This document shows, one piece after another, positions 25,165-34,247 of a DNA stretch of 41,715 bases. A program made the position numbers and the translations under genes. Position 1 is the stretch's first letter; each line of letters opens with the position of its first letter. Below the pieces are notes generated by a model. The model made no database searches, was not told the origin of the DNA, and worked only from the letters and a program-made list of their open reading frames with translations. The stretch comes from a virus, in IMG/VR virus record IMGVR_UViG_3300045988_134432, positions 1 through 41,715 of that record, one strand, 5' to 3'.

Positions 25165-25547
25165 TACTCTTCCTCTAGTTCTTTTTGGATTTCGCTTGTT
25201 AATTCACAATAATAATTATCTATTACTTCTTGACACATTTGAGTTAGTGCATTAATGCTTGATAAACAAAGCATATTTTCTTCATAAATTACATAAGCTG
25301 GTGTTTCTCCATCTTCTTTGTATAAACATTCAAATGCAATAACATATATTTCATTTATCTCATTACAATCTTTTAATTCGCCTCTTTTTCTATATAATTT
25401 TTTAATAAGTCTTTTATAAAATCCTACCAAGATTTTCATAGCTCCGTCTTCATCTTGGTCCAGATTATAAATTATTTCTGGCTGATTCATAATTGTACAA
25501 ATGATTGTCTTTTTAACTGCATCCTTGAATTGTGTCTTTGTAATCAT
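25164..25547 (-). CDS. Hypothetical protein
   Basis: The ORF track gives 25164..25577. The ATG at 25547 has GGAAGGAG 8 nt upstream, whereas the ATG at 25577 has no RBS and lies inside a hairpin arm. Confidence 0.65.
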   Translation of the reverse strand: MITKTQFKDAVKKTIICTIMNQPEIIYNLDQDEDGAMKILVGFYKRLIKKLYRKRGELKDCNEINEIYVIAFECLYKEDGETPAYVIYEENMLCLSSINALTQMCQEVIDNYYCELTSEIQKELEEE

Positions 25548-25645
25548 ATTCTCTTCTCCTTCCAGCTGATACATCAACTGTTGTATTGTTTTATTAATTG
25601 ATGTATTAAATGATATATTAGTTAATCCTTAACTTTCTTTAACAA

Positions 25646-25807
25646 TTAATAGAAACGGTCTTTCTGCATTTCATCATCAACTTCCTTTGGTATCGGAATC
25701 GGTTCAAAGTCATCGCTTTCCCCATTCATAAATTTAATCAAGGCATCTATGTTCAAGTCATCTATGTAGTTGTTAAATTCCACCATTCTTTTTTCTTCGT
25801 CAGTCAT
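25646..25807 (-). CDS. 53-aa acidic ORF (not in the ORF track)
   Basis: MTDEEKRMVEFNNYIDDLNIDALIKFMNGESDDFEPIPIPKEVDDEMQKDRFY. Its ATG overlaps the upstream stop (ATGACTGA). Confidence 0.5.
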   Translation of the reverse strand: MTDEEKRMVEFNNYIDDLNIDALIKFMNGESDDFEPIPIPKEVDDEMQKDRFY

Positions 25808-25961
25808 TATCAATCACTTCCTTCTCACAATAAATGCATCCCTTATCACACTTGATCCGAACCTTTAACTTCTGCTGCTTGTCCGGACATAATCTCATCT
25901 CTCTGATTGGCTTATTGGTGATCTCACAGATGTAACCTTCAAATTCTTTCTTGTTTACCAT
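25800..25961 (-). CDS. 53-aa Cys-rich ORF (not in the ORF track)
   Basis: MVNKKEFEGYICEITNKPIREMRLCPDKQQKLKVRIKCDKGCIYCEKEVIDND. Its ATG overlaps the upstream stop (TAATG). Confidence 0.5.
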   Translation of the reverse strand: MVNKKEFEGYICEITNKPIREMRLCPDKQQKLKVRIKCDKGCIYCEKEVIDND

Positions 25962-26368
25962 TATTTTTTCCTCCATGCCATCACTACATCGTTCTTTCTA
26001 AGATCTAATTTAATGTTGTTTTCTTCTCTGACCTGCTCGATCATATCGATCCATGTCACATTTCCTGTTTCTAAACACTCTGTTTTGTCATTGAATCTTT
26101 TTTTGAATCGATCTAATCTCTTAGTTCCGAAATCAAATTCATCTTTCAAAACTATAAGACTCATGATCAATACAGTATCTAAAATCTGTAGTGTTGCATC
26201 TCTAAAATCCTGGTCAAGTTCTCTTGGATCTATTAGTGTTCGAAGCCCTGCAAGATTTCTCTGTCTTGTTACTCTCTGTAGCTCTTCTAATCCTTTTTCT
26301 TTTGCTATTTTGTCGCAGAACGCAATTCCTTCATTTCTGCCCTGCATTATATAATCTTGTTTACTCAT
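25961..26368 (-). CDS. Hypothetical protein
   Basis: 135 aa. It is the first gene downstream of the 508-bp non-coding island. The only SD-like element is AGGTAG. Confidence 0.7.
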   Translation of the reverse strand: MSKQDYIMQGRNEGIAFCDKIAKEKGLEELQRVTRQRNLAGLRTLIDPRELDQDFRDATLQILDTVLIMSLIVLKDEFDFGTKRLDRFKKRFNDKTECLETGNVTWIDMIEQVREENNIKLDLRKNDVVMAWRKK

Positions 26369-26382
26369 ACTATCTACCTATC

Positions 26383-26615
26383 TCAGACAGCTTAACTTTC
26401 TACCTGAAACAGCTTATACTGATCACATTTCTATAATTTCTTGCCCGATCATATAAACTGCCGTGATTCTTCTCTCGTGATTTGAAAAATTGTAATACCA
26501 AATCTAGTTTGTGAAAAATAAAAATACAAAAAACCTGAAAAATATGTTTACGTTTGCTTGCTTCGTTAATAGTTACTCGAAAAATCTTAATCAGATAGAA
26601 AGTTAAGCTGTCTGA
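26383..26615. repeat. Long inverted repeat IR-B1 (25-nt arms 26383-26407 / 26591-26615)
   Basis: The arms are TCAGACAGCTTAACTTTCTACCTGA and TCAGATAGAAAGTTAAGCTGTCTGA, complementary at 24 of 25 positions. The one exception is C:A on plus, which is G:U on minus. Confidence 0.9.
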
Positions 26616-26713
26616 TCGTACTCCTTTCTGCCCACTGCCTAAGGCAGCAGGCTCATGGCTTATACTGGCTGTTTCTTATGCGGTTAATAGTTACTGTGGT
26701 ATATAATTCAGTC

Positions 26714-26864
26714 CATCCGGCTGATCTCTGTCCGCATATGTGATCATCTTTTTACGCCCTGTCGCTTAAGATCATCCCGAACCCCACAACTACCACGACT
26801 ATTACTACGACTTTTAGCAACAATCTTAGGTTGTTGGTTGCTACGGACAGAGATCAACCGGATG
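26714..26864. repeat. Long inverted repeat IR-B2 (21-nt arms 26714-26734 / 26844-26864)
   Basis: The arms are CATCCGGCTGATCTCTGTCCG and CGGACAGAGATCAACCGGATG, complementary at 20 of 21 positions. The one exception is C:A on plus, which is G:U on minus. Confidence 0.9.
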
Positions 26865-26876
26865 CTTTATTTTTTC

Positions 26877-27608
26877 TTAGCTTGCAGCAAGCAACTTATT
26901 AATAAAATACTGCTGCCCTTTACCAGTAACCTTTGTAGTCTTTCTGATCTTTGTCGTTCCATCCGGATTTGTGATCGTTCTTTCTTCAACTTCAAACAAT
27001 CCCATTTCCATGCTCTTTTGTGTTGGCATATTCCAACTTGGACCTCTTCTTTGGATTAAATATCCGTTATTTCTGAGTTTTTGAAACAGTCTGTTTTGAC
27101 CAATATCAATTCCTTTTTGCTTAAGAATTTTTGCTAAATCTCCGATCAGAATAGAATCTTTACTCGCTGTTACTGCATCAGCAAATATCTCCTTAGGCTT
27201 CATACGTTCATTATCTTCAATCAATGCAGCTTTCTCTGTCTTTAATTTGTCTATTGTTCTATCAGCCATCTTTAATGCTCTCGCAAAGATCTGTTCTGGT
27301 GTATTCCAGGCTTTTTCTAAGTCAAGGAAGTACTGTCTAATCTGTTTTCCCTTTTCAGTTCTAGACATTAAACAAATATGTTTTGCCATATCTACAGACA
27401 TTTTATAATCCTGTAGTTCGCGTTGTGCTCCATTGTTTACAACCGTACCTGTAAGTACACTTGTAAAATCTTCGTTTTCTACGAATCCTTGTGAATTTGA
27501 TTCAAACCAAGCTGAGAATCTTTTATTAATCTCAAGTGCTTCGTGTAAATCCCTTGCTGATACTGTTGGTTCTTCTGTATCGTAGTTAACAGGAATTAAA
27601 TTATCCAT
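26877..27608 (-). CDS. Antirepressor (AntA/ORF6N-like N-terminus, KilAC-like C-terminus)
   Basis: 243 aa. The N-terminal part reads VSARDLHEALEINKRFSAWFESNSQGFVENEDF and the C-terminal part reads ILIGDLAKILKQKGIDIGQNRLFQKLRNNGYLI. Confidence 0.7.
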   Translation of the reverse strand: MDNLIPVNYDTEEPTVSARDLHEALEINKRFSAWFESNSQGFVENEDFTSVLTGTVVNNGAQRELQDYKMSVDMAKHICLMSRTEKGKQIRQYFLDLEKAWNTPEQIFARALKMADRTIDKLKTEKAALIEDNERMKPKEIFADAVTASKDSILIGDLAKILKQKGIDIGQNRLFQKLRNNGYLIQRRGPSWNMPTQKSMEMGLFEVEERTITNPDGTTKIRKTTKVTGKGQQYFINKLLAAS

Positions 27609-28470
27609 ACGTTATGTCATCTCCTAACTGTTTCTTTAACAACTGCTTCTCCAGATTCTCGTAATCACAATCTTTGAATTCTCGCTGTGTAAAATTGTGT
27701 ATAGTTTCTTTTTTCTTTGGCTTCGGTGTTGATTTCTTCCGTTTCCTTGATGTAGGGAAGAAACTCTTATATCCTCCACCAAATGCTTTTCTTACAATGC
27801 CCAACTTATCAGAATCATTCTCAGCCAGAGAATCTAGTTCTTCTTTCAAGGCATTGATCTGTTCTGCAGATAATGTTGGGCCAGTATGATTCCTCATATC
27901 AAGATAAAGACAGAACTCTCTGTTCAGATCTGGATTGCTATAATAATATTTACTTTCCTTTACTTTACTTTCCTTTATGGATTCTTCTCGGGAATTATCA
28001 TTATTTTTCTTGGAATTATCCGTATTATTCTCAGAATTATCTTCAAAATGGGTAACTTTAATAAAAGGTTCTGTTTCTTCTTCATTTAAAAGCCAGAACC
28101 TGTCGACTTTTATTGGATTCTTCTTAGCTCTTGTTTTTACTGCTAACTGGAATCTCTTCTGTATTCCGGCAGAAGTCAGGACAGCGTCCGACTGGAAAAG
28201 CTGTTTATCAAACATCGACCGTTCCAATAAGAATGTCAAGACTTGCTTCACCTTATCACTATTCATGTTCAGATCATCTGACACGATATAGTAAAAATCA
28301 TCATCTACAATGATGTAATATCCATTTCTATATATTTCACAAAGAAGATAAATGAAAATTGTGATCCCGTCTGCTCCATATCTGGATTTCAAGATCTTTA
28401 TCTTCCTGTCCGAAAAGAAATCGCAATCCAAAGAAAAATAATCGATGCCTTGTTTTTTCTGTCTGGCCAA
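27601..28470 (-). CDS. Replication organiser-like protein (DUF4373 / Lin1244-type N-terminal domain, DnaD-like)
   Basis: 289 aa. The TTG start is preceded by AAAGGAG. The N-terminus GIDYFSLDCDFFSDRKIKILKSRYGADGITIFIYLLCEIY is the DUF4373 pattern. Confidence 0.65.
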   Translation of the reverse strand: MARQKKQGIDYFSLDCDFFSDRKIKILKSRYGADGITIFIYLLCEIYRNGYYIIVDDDFYYIVSDDLNMNSDKVKQVLTFLLERSMFDKQLFQSDAVLTSAGIQKRFQLAVKTRAKKNPIKVDRFWLLNEEETEPFIKVTHFEDNSENNTDNSKKNNDNSREESIKESKVKESKYYYSNPDLNREFCLYLDMRNHTGPTLSAEQINALKEELDSLAENDSDKLGIVRKAFGGGYKSFFPTSRKRKKSTPKPKKKETIHNFTQREFKDCDYENLEKQLLKKQLGDDITYG

Positions 28471-28486
28471 AACGATTCTCCTTTTC

Positions 28487-28915
28487 CTATTTGATTTCTT
28501 CTATCTCTACTTCAACTCGTGGGTCCTCTGCATAATGCTTTTCCATATGCAGCGTTACAACCTGCGTATCATCCCTGTATGCTAGTTTATTCAAAGCATC
28601 AAGAATACTTTTTGCAATGTTATCAATGTCTGGTTTCTTCGTTGGAAACATAAGATCTTCCAACATCTGTTGTTTCTTTTTCCTGCTTGTACTCTTAACG
28701 ATCGGATAATAAGCTATGATCGTTACTTTTAAGGGCTGTCCGTCATTAAAAATGATGTTGTTTGATTCCTGCCTGTAACAGCACTTAATCAGATTCTCAT
28801 ACAACATAGTACCTTCTGGCGTATATGAGAAAGTTCCACCACCTTTACTACGGACAGTTCTTGCCCTGGCTTTTCCTTTCGGTGCACCAGGGACTGTAAA
28901 TCTAACTGTCTCCAT
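28487..28915 (-). CDS. rusA: RusA-family Holliday junction resolvase
   Basis: 142 aa. It contains VPGAPKGKARAR and KPDIDNIAKSILDALNKLAYRDDTQV. Confidence 0.8.
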   Translation of the reverse strand: METVRFTVPGAPKGKARARTVRSKGGGTFSYTPEGTMLYENLIKCCYRQESNNIIFNDGQPLKVTIIAYYPIVKSTSRKKKQQMLEDLMFPTKKPDIDNIAKSILDALNKLAYRDDTQVVTLHMEKHYAEDPRVEVEIEEIK

Positions 28916-28920
28916 AACTG

Positions 28921-29667
28921 TTACCCGATGATCGTGATCACTTTTAACAGTTCTTTCGGTAAATTCTCTGTTAAATATTTCTTGATAGCATCTACAGCTT
29001 CATACTTCCAGAGACCCCCATCAGCTTCTACTAACTTAAACATTGGCTGTCCATCGGAACCTTCTCTGATTCGAAAGATAAACTTGCTTTCTGGCTGTTC
29101 TACTTCCAGGAAGGTACGATATGGGCGAAGTGTTACTGGATTTGGTACGATCACATCTTCTTTTCCTGCAATACCTTTTGTGATCGTAGCTTTCTGGCTG
29201 ACTCCATCATCTCCATAGTTGGCCACTGTTTTATTTTCTACGTTTCCGGCAACTGAAAGAATCAGTTCTGTTTCATCACCCTGTTTAAAGGCAGTCTGCA
29301 TATTAATTACAAACGCTTCCTGATCATAGTAGTGATCGAAATCAAAACCATTTGGATTTGTATCTACACGGAATAATTCTTCTCGATTTCTTTCCTGTGT
29401 AAGACCAGATAGTAATCTTACTCTTGTTGGAGATTCTACGTGAATGATCATAGATTCTCTTAACTCTTCACTCTTTCCACTGATATAATCGATCAGAGAA
29501 TTAAGACTTGTAGCTGTCAATGGTTCTGCAAACTCTTCTCTGTCATATCGTGACATAGATTTATCGCAATAAGTCTTTCCTGCGATTTTTACAACGTGTG
29601 GCTCTCTTGCACTGTCTGTCAATTCTTCGATCTTTTCGATTGCTTCTCTTAAAAATGTATTATCCAT
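28921..29667 (-). CDS. Hypothetical protein (possibly DUF2303/YfdQ-like)
   Basis: 248 aa. The family assignment rests only on a weak N-terminal resemblance (…LTATSLNSLIDYISGK…). Confidence 0.6.
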   Translation of the reverse strand: MDNTFLREAIEKIEELTDSAREPHVVKIAGKTYCDKSMSRYDREEFAEPLTATSLNSLIDYISGKSEELRESMIIHVESPTRVRLLSGLTQERNREELFRVDTNPNGFDFDHYYDQEAFVINMQTAFKQGDETELILSVAGNVENKTVANYGDDGVSQKATITKGIAGKEDVIVPNPVTLRPYRTFLEVEQPESKFIFRIREGSDGQPMFKLVEADGGLWKYEAVDAIKKYLTENLPKELLKVITIIG

Positions 29668-29681
29668 TGTTATGTATCCTC

Positions 29682-30107
29682 CTATGCCTGTTTTGCTTTT
29701 CTTAAATTAATGACTTTGCTGCTTGGTTCGTAGATCTCTCCAGTATCCGGATCAAAAGCTTTCGGTGTTTCATCTTCTTCCTGGTCGATCACATCATCAA
29801 CATTCATCTGACCAGGAATCTGGTTAAAGATTTCAACCGCTTCAACCTCTCCGGTGCGAAGATCTCTGCCCATACTCAGTGCTGTTGTAGCTCCAAGTTC
29901 TGGTGCAAGACTTAACTTTGTTTCTACCGTAGTTGCCACAAAGTTTCTTTCATCGTTTGGCCGGAAACTGATTGATACATTGATCTTTCTGACCTTCTGC
30001 GCATCAGTGTTCGGATCCTGAACATTTTCAGTGATCTTTTCTAATGCCTTATTAAGCTGTACTGAAAGTTTCCCTCCTGCAAACTGTTCTAAGTTAATAT
30101 GTTTCAT
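29682..30107 (-). CDS. Hypothetical protein
   Basis: 141 aa with a GAAAGGAG RBS. Confidence 0.7.
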   Translation of the reverse strand: MKHINLEQFAGGKLSVQLNKALEKITENVQDPNTDAQKVRKINVSISFRPNDERNFVATTVETKLSLAPELGATTALSMGRDLRTGEVEAVEIFNQIPGQMNVDDVIDQEEDETPKAFDPDTGEIYEPSSKVINLRKAKQA

Positions 30108-30124
30108 CGTGTTGCTCCTTTCTT

Positions 30125-31000
30125 TTATTTAAAGAACTGCTGTGGTTCTTCTTTTGTTGTTTCTTCCTGTAGTTCCTGTTTTTCTGGTTCAGGTGTTTCC
30201 TCTGCCGTTTCCTGCAGATCCTGATCTGCTACAATATTTTCTTCTGAAACTGTATCTACATAATCTTTTGTTCCATCTTCATGGATCACCGCCATATCAG
30301 ATTCCATTGCATTCTGCATATCAATGCTCATGATTCCCCATTTACTGATCAGCTGGCGAAGCATTGTCTTATAAGCCATTCCATCAAAATCTTTCTCCCA
30401 GAATGTATATCCTTTTTTTGCTGCATACCCTTTGGAATACTTTAATGCATGTGCTTCCATTTTCTTTTTGGACCAGTACATAGCTTTTCGGAAACCGTTT
30501 GTATATTCAAACATTGCATAGTATCCGATCGTCTTTGCTTCTTCCCTTACTTCCTCATCATCGATCAGATTTACTTCGATTTCTTCATTCAGTGGATCAA
30601 ATCGAACCAATTCCCCATCCTTAATTGCCAGAACGTTTAGTTTTTTGTACTGCCCTGAGCGGATCGCTAACTGAATGTATCCTTTATAACCAAGCTGAAA
30701 CTGTGCTTCTTTACATCCTTTTTTGTTGTTTCTGAATGGAACCATGTAATACTGTCCAAGCTGTGGTGATGGAGAGAGTTTTAAAGACTCTCCAAGTAGT
30801 GCAGCACTTAAGATTGATGGATTTGTACATTCCTGTAAATCTGAATTAACCTGTACTGCAGATACAATAGAAGCAATGAAACGATCTCCGTTTTTACCAC
30901 CGACTACATTATTAATCTGATTTTTTACAGCATCATTTGTAAGATATGCCGTTAATCCTGTTTTCTGCTGTCTGTTTGCTAAACTGTTTCCAACTGCCAT
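30125..31000 (-). CDS. recT: RecT-family single-strand annealing recombinase
   Basis: 291 aa. It contains QFQLGYKGYIQLAIRSGQYKKL and has an acidic C-terminal tail. The RBS is AGGAGG. Confidence 0.85.
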   Translation of the reverse strand: MAVGNSLANRQQKTGLTAYLTNDAVKNQINNVVGGKNGDRFIASIVSAVQVNSDLQECTNPSILSAALLGESLKLSPSPQLGQYYMVPFRNNKKGCKEAQFQLGYKGYIQLAIRSGQYKKLNVLAIKDGELVRFDPLNEEIEVNLIDDEEVREEAKTIGYYAMFEYTNGFRKAMYWSKKKMEAHALKYSKGYAAKKGYTFWEKDFDGMAYKTMLRQLISKWGIMSIDMQNAMESDMAVIHEDGTKDYVDTVSEENIVADQDLQETAEETPEPEKQELQEETTKEEPQQFFK

Positions 31001-31001
31001 C

Positions 31002-31907
31002 TTATAATTCCTCCTGACTTATGATTTCAAATTCTTCACATGTTTTCTTAAGAATACTGATCTTCGCATTCGCTTCATCAAAGTTGTGTTCTTTTACAAC
31101 ACAACGAAATGTAATCGCTACAGTTCTTTCTTCCGTACGTTTAGGTTTTGGAACTTCTGCCGGTTCTTTTGGCATCTCTGATGCTTCTTTGCTTTCGCCA
31201 GCAGATGCCACTTTCTGCGCTTCTTTTTTTAACTGTTGCTGTCTCTGCTCTTCCTTCTGCTTCTGCTCTTCCTCAAATAAGGCTTTCTTCTTGGCGGTCT
31301 CCTCTAACTTCTGTTTCTTCATCATTGCAGCGTTCAGATCAAAAGCTTTCAGATATTCTTCTTTCATTTCAAAAACATAAGGACTTGTATCTGCATTGAT
31401 TACTTTCAGATCGCTGTCAACTTTATCTCTGATCTCTGCGATCTCTGTTGTGATAGATTTCAATGTCGTTGATACATTTAACCAAGAATCCTTATAGATT
31501 TTTTCAAATGGAATCGTGCGATCAAGATCACCGATTGTCTTTGAATAGATTCCCTTGATTTTCTCTAATTTTTCTTGCCGTGTTGCTTCTTCGTATCCTT
31601 TGATCTGGATGTCAATGTTTCCAATCGCTTGATCAACGATGCCGATCAGTTCTTTTTCCTGTTCTTCAAAAGATGTGTATGGCTGCATGACCTGTCGTTT
31701 GATTTCTTTTCTTTTGTTCTCTAATGCGGTTACAAATTTTCGAAGATTAGCACGATCCTTTTTTGCATCCTTAATCTGATCTGCTGTATAGACCAGATTC
31801 ATATAGTCGTTTGCTTTCTTCTGGATCTCTGTTTTTAACTCTTCATAATTCCAATCAATCTCTTTCAGGAATCCTTCTTCCTGTGGATTGTATATCTTAA
31901 ATTCCAT
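31002..31907 (-). CDS. DUF1351-family protein (RecT-associated)
   Basis: The ORF track gives 31002..31991. The ATG at 31907 is preceded by AAAGGAG, and the product then starts MEFKIYNPQEEGFLKEIDWNYEELK, which is the typical DUF1351 N-terminus. Confidence 0.7.
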   Translation of the reverse strand: MEFKIYNPQEEGFLKEIDWNYEELKTEIQKKANDYMNLVYTADQIKDAKKDRANLRKFVTALENKRKEIKRQVMQPYTSFEEQEKELIGIVDQAIGNIDIQIKGYEEATRQEKLEKIKGIYSKTIGDLDRTIPFEKIYKDSWLNVSTTLKSITTEIAEIRDKVDSDLKVINADTSPYVFEMKEEYLKAFDLNAAMMKKQKLEETAKKKALFEEEQKQKEEQRQQQLKKEAQKVASAGESKEASEMPKEPAEVPKPKRTEERTVAITFRCVVKEHNFDEANAKISILKKTCEEFEIISQEEL

Positions 31908-32035
31908 ATGTTTCTCCTTTATTGATTCATCTGATCTGTATCCCGGTAATGAACTATATGGAGAAGCCGAATTACTTACTTCATTTTTCAATGATATTTA
32001 CTCTACTCTCCAAAATCGTTCCGATTCAGATTTTG

Positions 32036-32206
32036 TTACAGATGCGCCGTTTTAATCACCTCTTCACGAGTCATATTTAAGATGACTTCAATATGTTCAA
32101 CCGTCAGGTTATTGCCTTTTAAAATCTCAACAATTTTATTTACAATAGCCTGATTTTCTTTTTTCTTTTCTTGAACCTCTTTCATATATTCATCGTATCG
32201 ATTCAT
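32036..32206 (-). CDS. 56-aa hypothetical ORF (not in the ORF track)
   Basis: MNRYDEYMKEVQEKKKENQAIVNKIVEILKGNNLTVEHIEVILNMTREEVIKTAHL. The RBS AAAGGAG lies 7 nt upstream. Confidence 0.55.
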   Translation of the reverse strand: MNRYDEYMKEVQEKKKENQAIVNKIVEILKGNNLTVEHIEVILNMTREEVIKTAHL

Positions 32207-32220
32207 AACAATTTCTCCTT

Positions 32221-32892
32221 TTATATTTCTGGAAGAATCAAGTTTGGCTGTTGCCTTCTTTGAACTTTCTGCCAGAACTCTTCTTCTGCTTGTCTTAATA
32301 TCTCAATATCTTCTTCTACGTCTGATCGCTCAATATGGTAATCTTTTGTCTGCAACCTTATCTGCCCTTGCCATTCTGACTTTAGCTGTGCCCGAAGCTC
32401 AACGAAATCATATTCTGTAACAAGTAGATAGTGCAAAACCTGTATGTAGTAGTTATCAGGGATTCGATCATTCCATTTTTCTCGCTGCATACTTTGTAGG
32501 ATATTTGTAGTCTTGATCTCTAAGATTCCCTTTCTTCCATCCTGATCTGTAAGCTCTCCGTCCAAGGAAGCATGTGCCCATTGATATTTTTCATTTCTGA
32601 TCATGTTGTCTCCGAAGTATTCAACCTTGTATTCTGGATGGTCAAGAGCAAATAATTGTCTTAGTAGCGGCTCTGCATCATGTCCATACTTCACATAATC
32701 CTTATCTGAAATATCCGGAGCGATCCGCTGTCCTGTTTTTTCTAAATAAAGATCAGTGTTGGTTTTATATGGATTGAATCCTAATACCGCAGATGCATCA
32801 GATCCACCGATTCCGTGTCTGGCATTTAACCAGGAATCAAAGGAATCGAACTGGATCCGTTTGATTCCTTTGCTGATCTCAATCTCCTGCAT
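32221..32892 (-). CDS. YqaJ-like (lambda-exonuclease fold) recombination exonuclease
   Basis: 223 aa. It contains GIGGSDASAVLGFNPYKT and ...LDGEL...GILEIKT..., the pattern of PD-(D/E)xK exonucleases that partner RecT. Confidence 0.75.
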   Translation of the reverse strand: MQEIEISKGIKRIQFDSFDSWLNARHGIGGSDASAVLGFNPYKTNTDLYLEKTGQRIAPDISDKDYVKYGHDAEPLLRQLFALDHPEYKVEYFGDNMIRNEKYQWAHASLDGELTDQDGRKGILEIKTTNILQSMQREKWNDRIPDNYYIQVLHYLLVTEYDFVELRAQLKSEWQGQIRLQTKDYHIERSDVEEDIEILRQAEEEFWQKVQRRQQPNLILPEI

Positions 32893-33316
32893 CTTTAAAC
32901 CTCTTTCCCAATTCTTTTAATTTAGGAAAGACAAGATCAAACTGTTCTTCTGACATTCCACAAAACTCAATTCCTGCATTTCCATACTTTTCTCCAATAA
33001 TCAAGGCATTACCAAGAATCGGGTATCCATGGCGATCTGTCTCATACAGCCATGAAGCTATCTTATTTAATTTGGTTTTGTCACAGTGAAAATAAAATTC
33101 TTCATCAACCAACATGCTTACTTTTGATCCCGGCACATTTTTAATCTCAATTCCTGCACCGATCTCTGTATATAATCTCTTGGGCTGTACGTGTTCAATT
33201 AACTCACATCTGTTTCCAATGTGTTCTTTCAACTTTTTCCATGATTTAAGTCCCTCATCTGGATATTCCAGCTCTTTTACCTCATTATCAGTTTTGATCA
33301 GAATCATCTTTCCCAT
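32879..33316 (-). CDS. Hypothetical protein (DUF3846-like)
   Basis: The ORF track gives 32879..33322. The second ATG (33316) has better spacing from GAGGAA. The family call is weak. Confidence 0.6.
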   Translation of the reverse strand: MGKMILIKTDNEVKELEYPDEGLKSWKKLKEHIGNRCELIEHVQPKRLYTEIGAGIEIKNVPGSKVSMLVDEEFYFHCDKTKLNKIASWLYETDRHGYPILGNALIIGEKYGNAGIEFCGMSEEQFDLVFPKLKELGKRFKDAGD

Positions 33317-33701
33317 TGTCATTTCCTCTTCTTTCTTCTAATAATCCCATTAATTTTTCTTTCAGATACTTTGCTTCGTTCATACAGTTCTGATTATCCA
33401 AGAACAGCATTGTACTGTAATCTGGTTGCTGTTCTGCATTAAAACCATCTTCCCAGATCCTAACGCTTAGCACTGCGGCAGCTCCATGATATTCAGCTTG
33501 TACACATGGAACACCTGGTTCTCGCCAATCTATAGTTCCATCTGTCATTTCTTGCAGCTGCAAAGATAGATCAAAGATCTCAACTGCTGTTTTTCTGATT
33601 TCACTTTTCTTCTGATCTGTGTTATAATTTGCTTGTCTATTTAATTGTGTGCCTAATGGAGTTGCCGCTCCGTGGGCACTTTTTTCTTTCTTATCTATCA
33701 A
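33288..33701 (-). CDS. Hypothetical protein
   Basis: 137 aa. The TTG start is preceded by AGGAAGGAG. Confidence 0.6.
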   Translation of the reverse strand: MIDKKEKSAHGAATPLGTQLNRQANYNTDQKKSEIRKTAVEIFDLSLQLQEMTDGTIDWREPGVPCVQAEYHGAAAVLSVRIWEDGFNAEQQPDYSTMLFLDNQNCMNEAKYLKEKLMGLLEERRGNDNGKDDSDQN

Positions 33702-33825
33702 ATTTCTTCACTCCTTCCTCAAACACCACTGCTGTGATCAAACACACTGCTGCTAATTCTTTAAAAATTCCCATTGCGATCAGCACTGCTGCTGTGCAGA
33801 TCATTGCTTTTGTTTCTGTATGCAT
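33691..33825 (-). CDS. 44-aa membrane peptide (not in the ORF track)
   Basis: MHTETKAMICTAAVLIAMGIFKELAAVCLITAVVFEEGVKKFDR. A GAAAGGAG RBS lies directly after the upstream stop. Confidence 0.5.
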   Translation of the reverse strand: MHTETKAMICTAAVLIAMGIFKELAAVCLITAVVFEEGVKKFDR

Positions 33826-33840
33826 CTTTATGCTCCTTTC

Positions 33841-34233
33841 TCAAACGCTTATCATTTCAGTTGCAAAAAACTTTTTTGCATTTATGAAATACCTGTGCTT
33901 TTTTTCACTTGTCCGGATTGCATATCCCCATGGAAAAATCCCTTGAATCAGTCCTTTTTCGATTGTTGGAACACCCATTCCCATCAAATACGCAACTTCT
34001 TTCGGGGTTAACGTCTCTATTTTCTTTTTAGGAATTACTATTTCTTCGAAGTAATTCTCTGGAAGATCAAATGCTTCTGCAATCTCATTTCGTCTCGCTT
34101 TTGTTGGTTCCGAATCTCCAGACATCCACTTACTGACGGTCGATCTACTTACACCGCAGATTCTGGACAACTCTACTTGATTGATGTTTTGATCTGCCAT
34201 TACTTTTTTAAGCCTGTCCCTGAACACTTTCAT
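33841..34233 (-). CDS. XRE-family HTH protein with a second C-terminal HTH-like region (early regulator)
   Basis: The ATG at 34233 is preceded by AAAGGTAGGTG; the track's first codon (34236) is a GTG. The HTH is INQVELSRICGVSRSTVSKWMSG. Confidence 0.7.
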   Translation of the reverse strand: MKVFRDRLKKVMADQNINQVELSRICGVSRSTVSKWMSGDSEPTKARRNEIAEAFDLPENYFEEIVIPKKKIETLTPKEVAYLMGMGVPTIEKGLIQGIFPWGYAIRTSEKKHRYFINAKKFFATEMISV

Positions 34234-34247
34234 CACCTACCTTTCTT

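Larger units (their letters stand above)
26369..26876 (-). other. 508-bp non-coding structured island (candidate large structured RNA/leader or replication origin)
   Basis: There is no credible ORF on either strand. The island holds two long-range inverted repeats, local hairpins, a 13-bp direct repeat (GTTAATAGTTACT, twice) and three TGAAAAAT copies in an AT-rich core. Confidence 0.6.
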
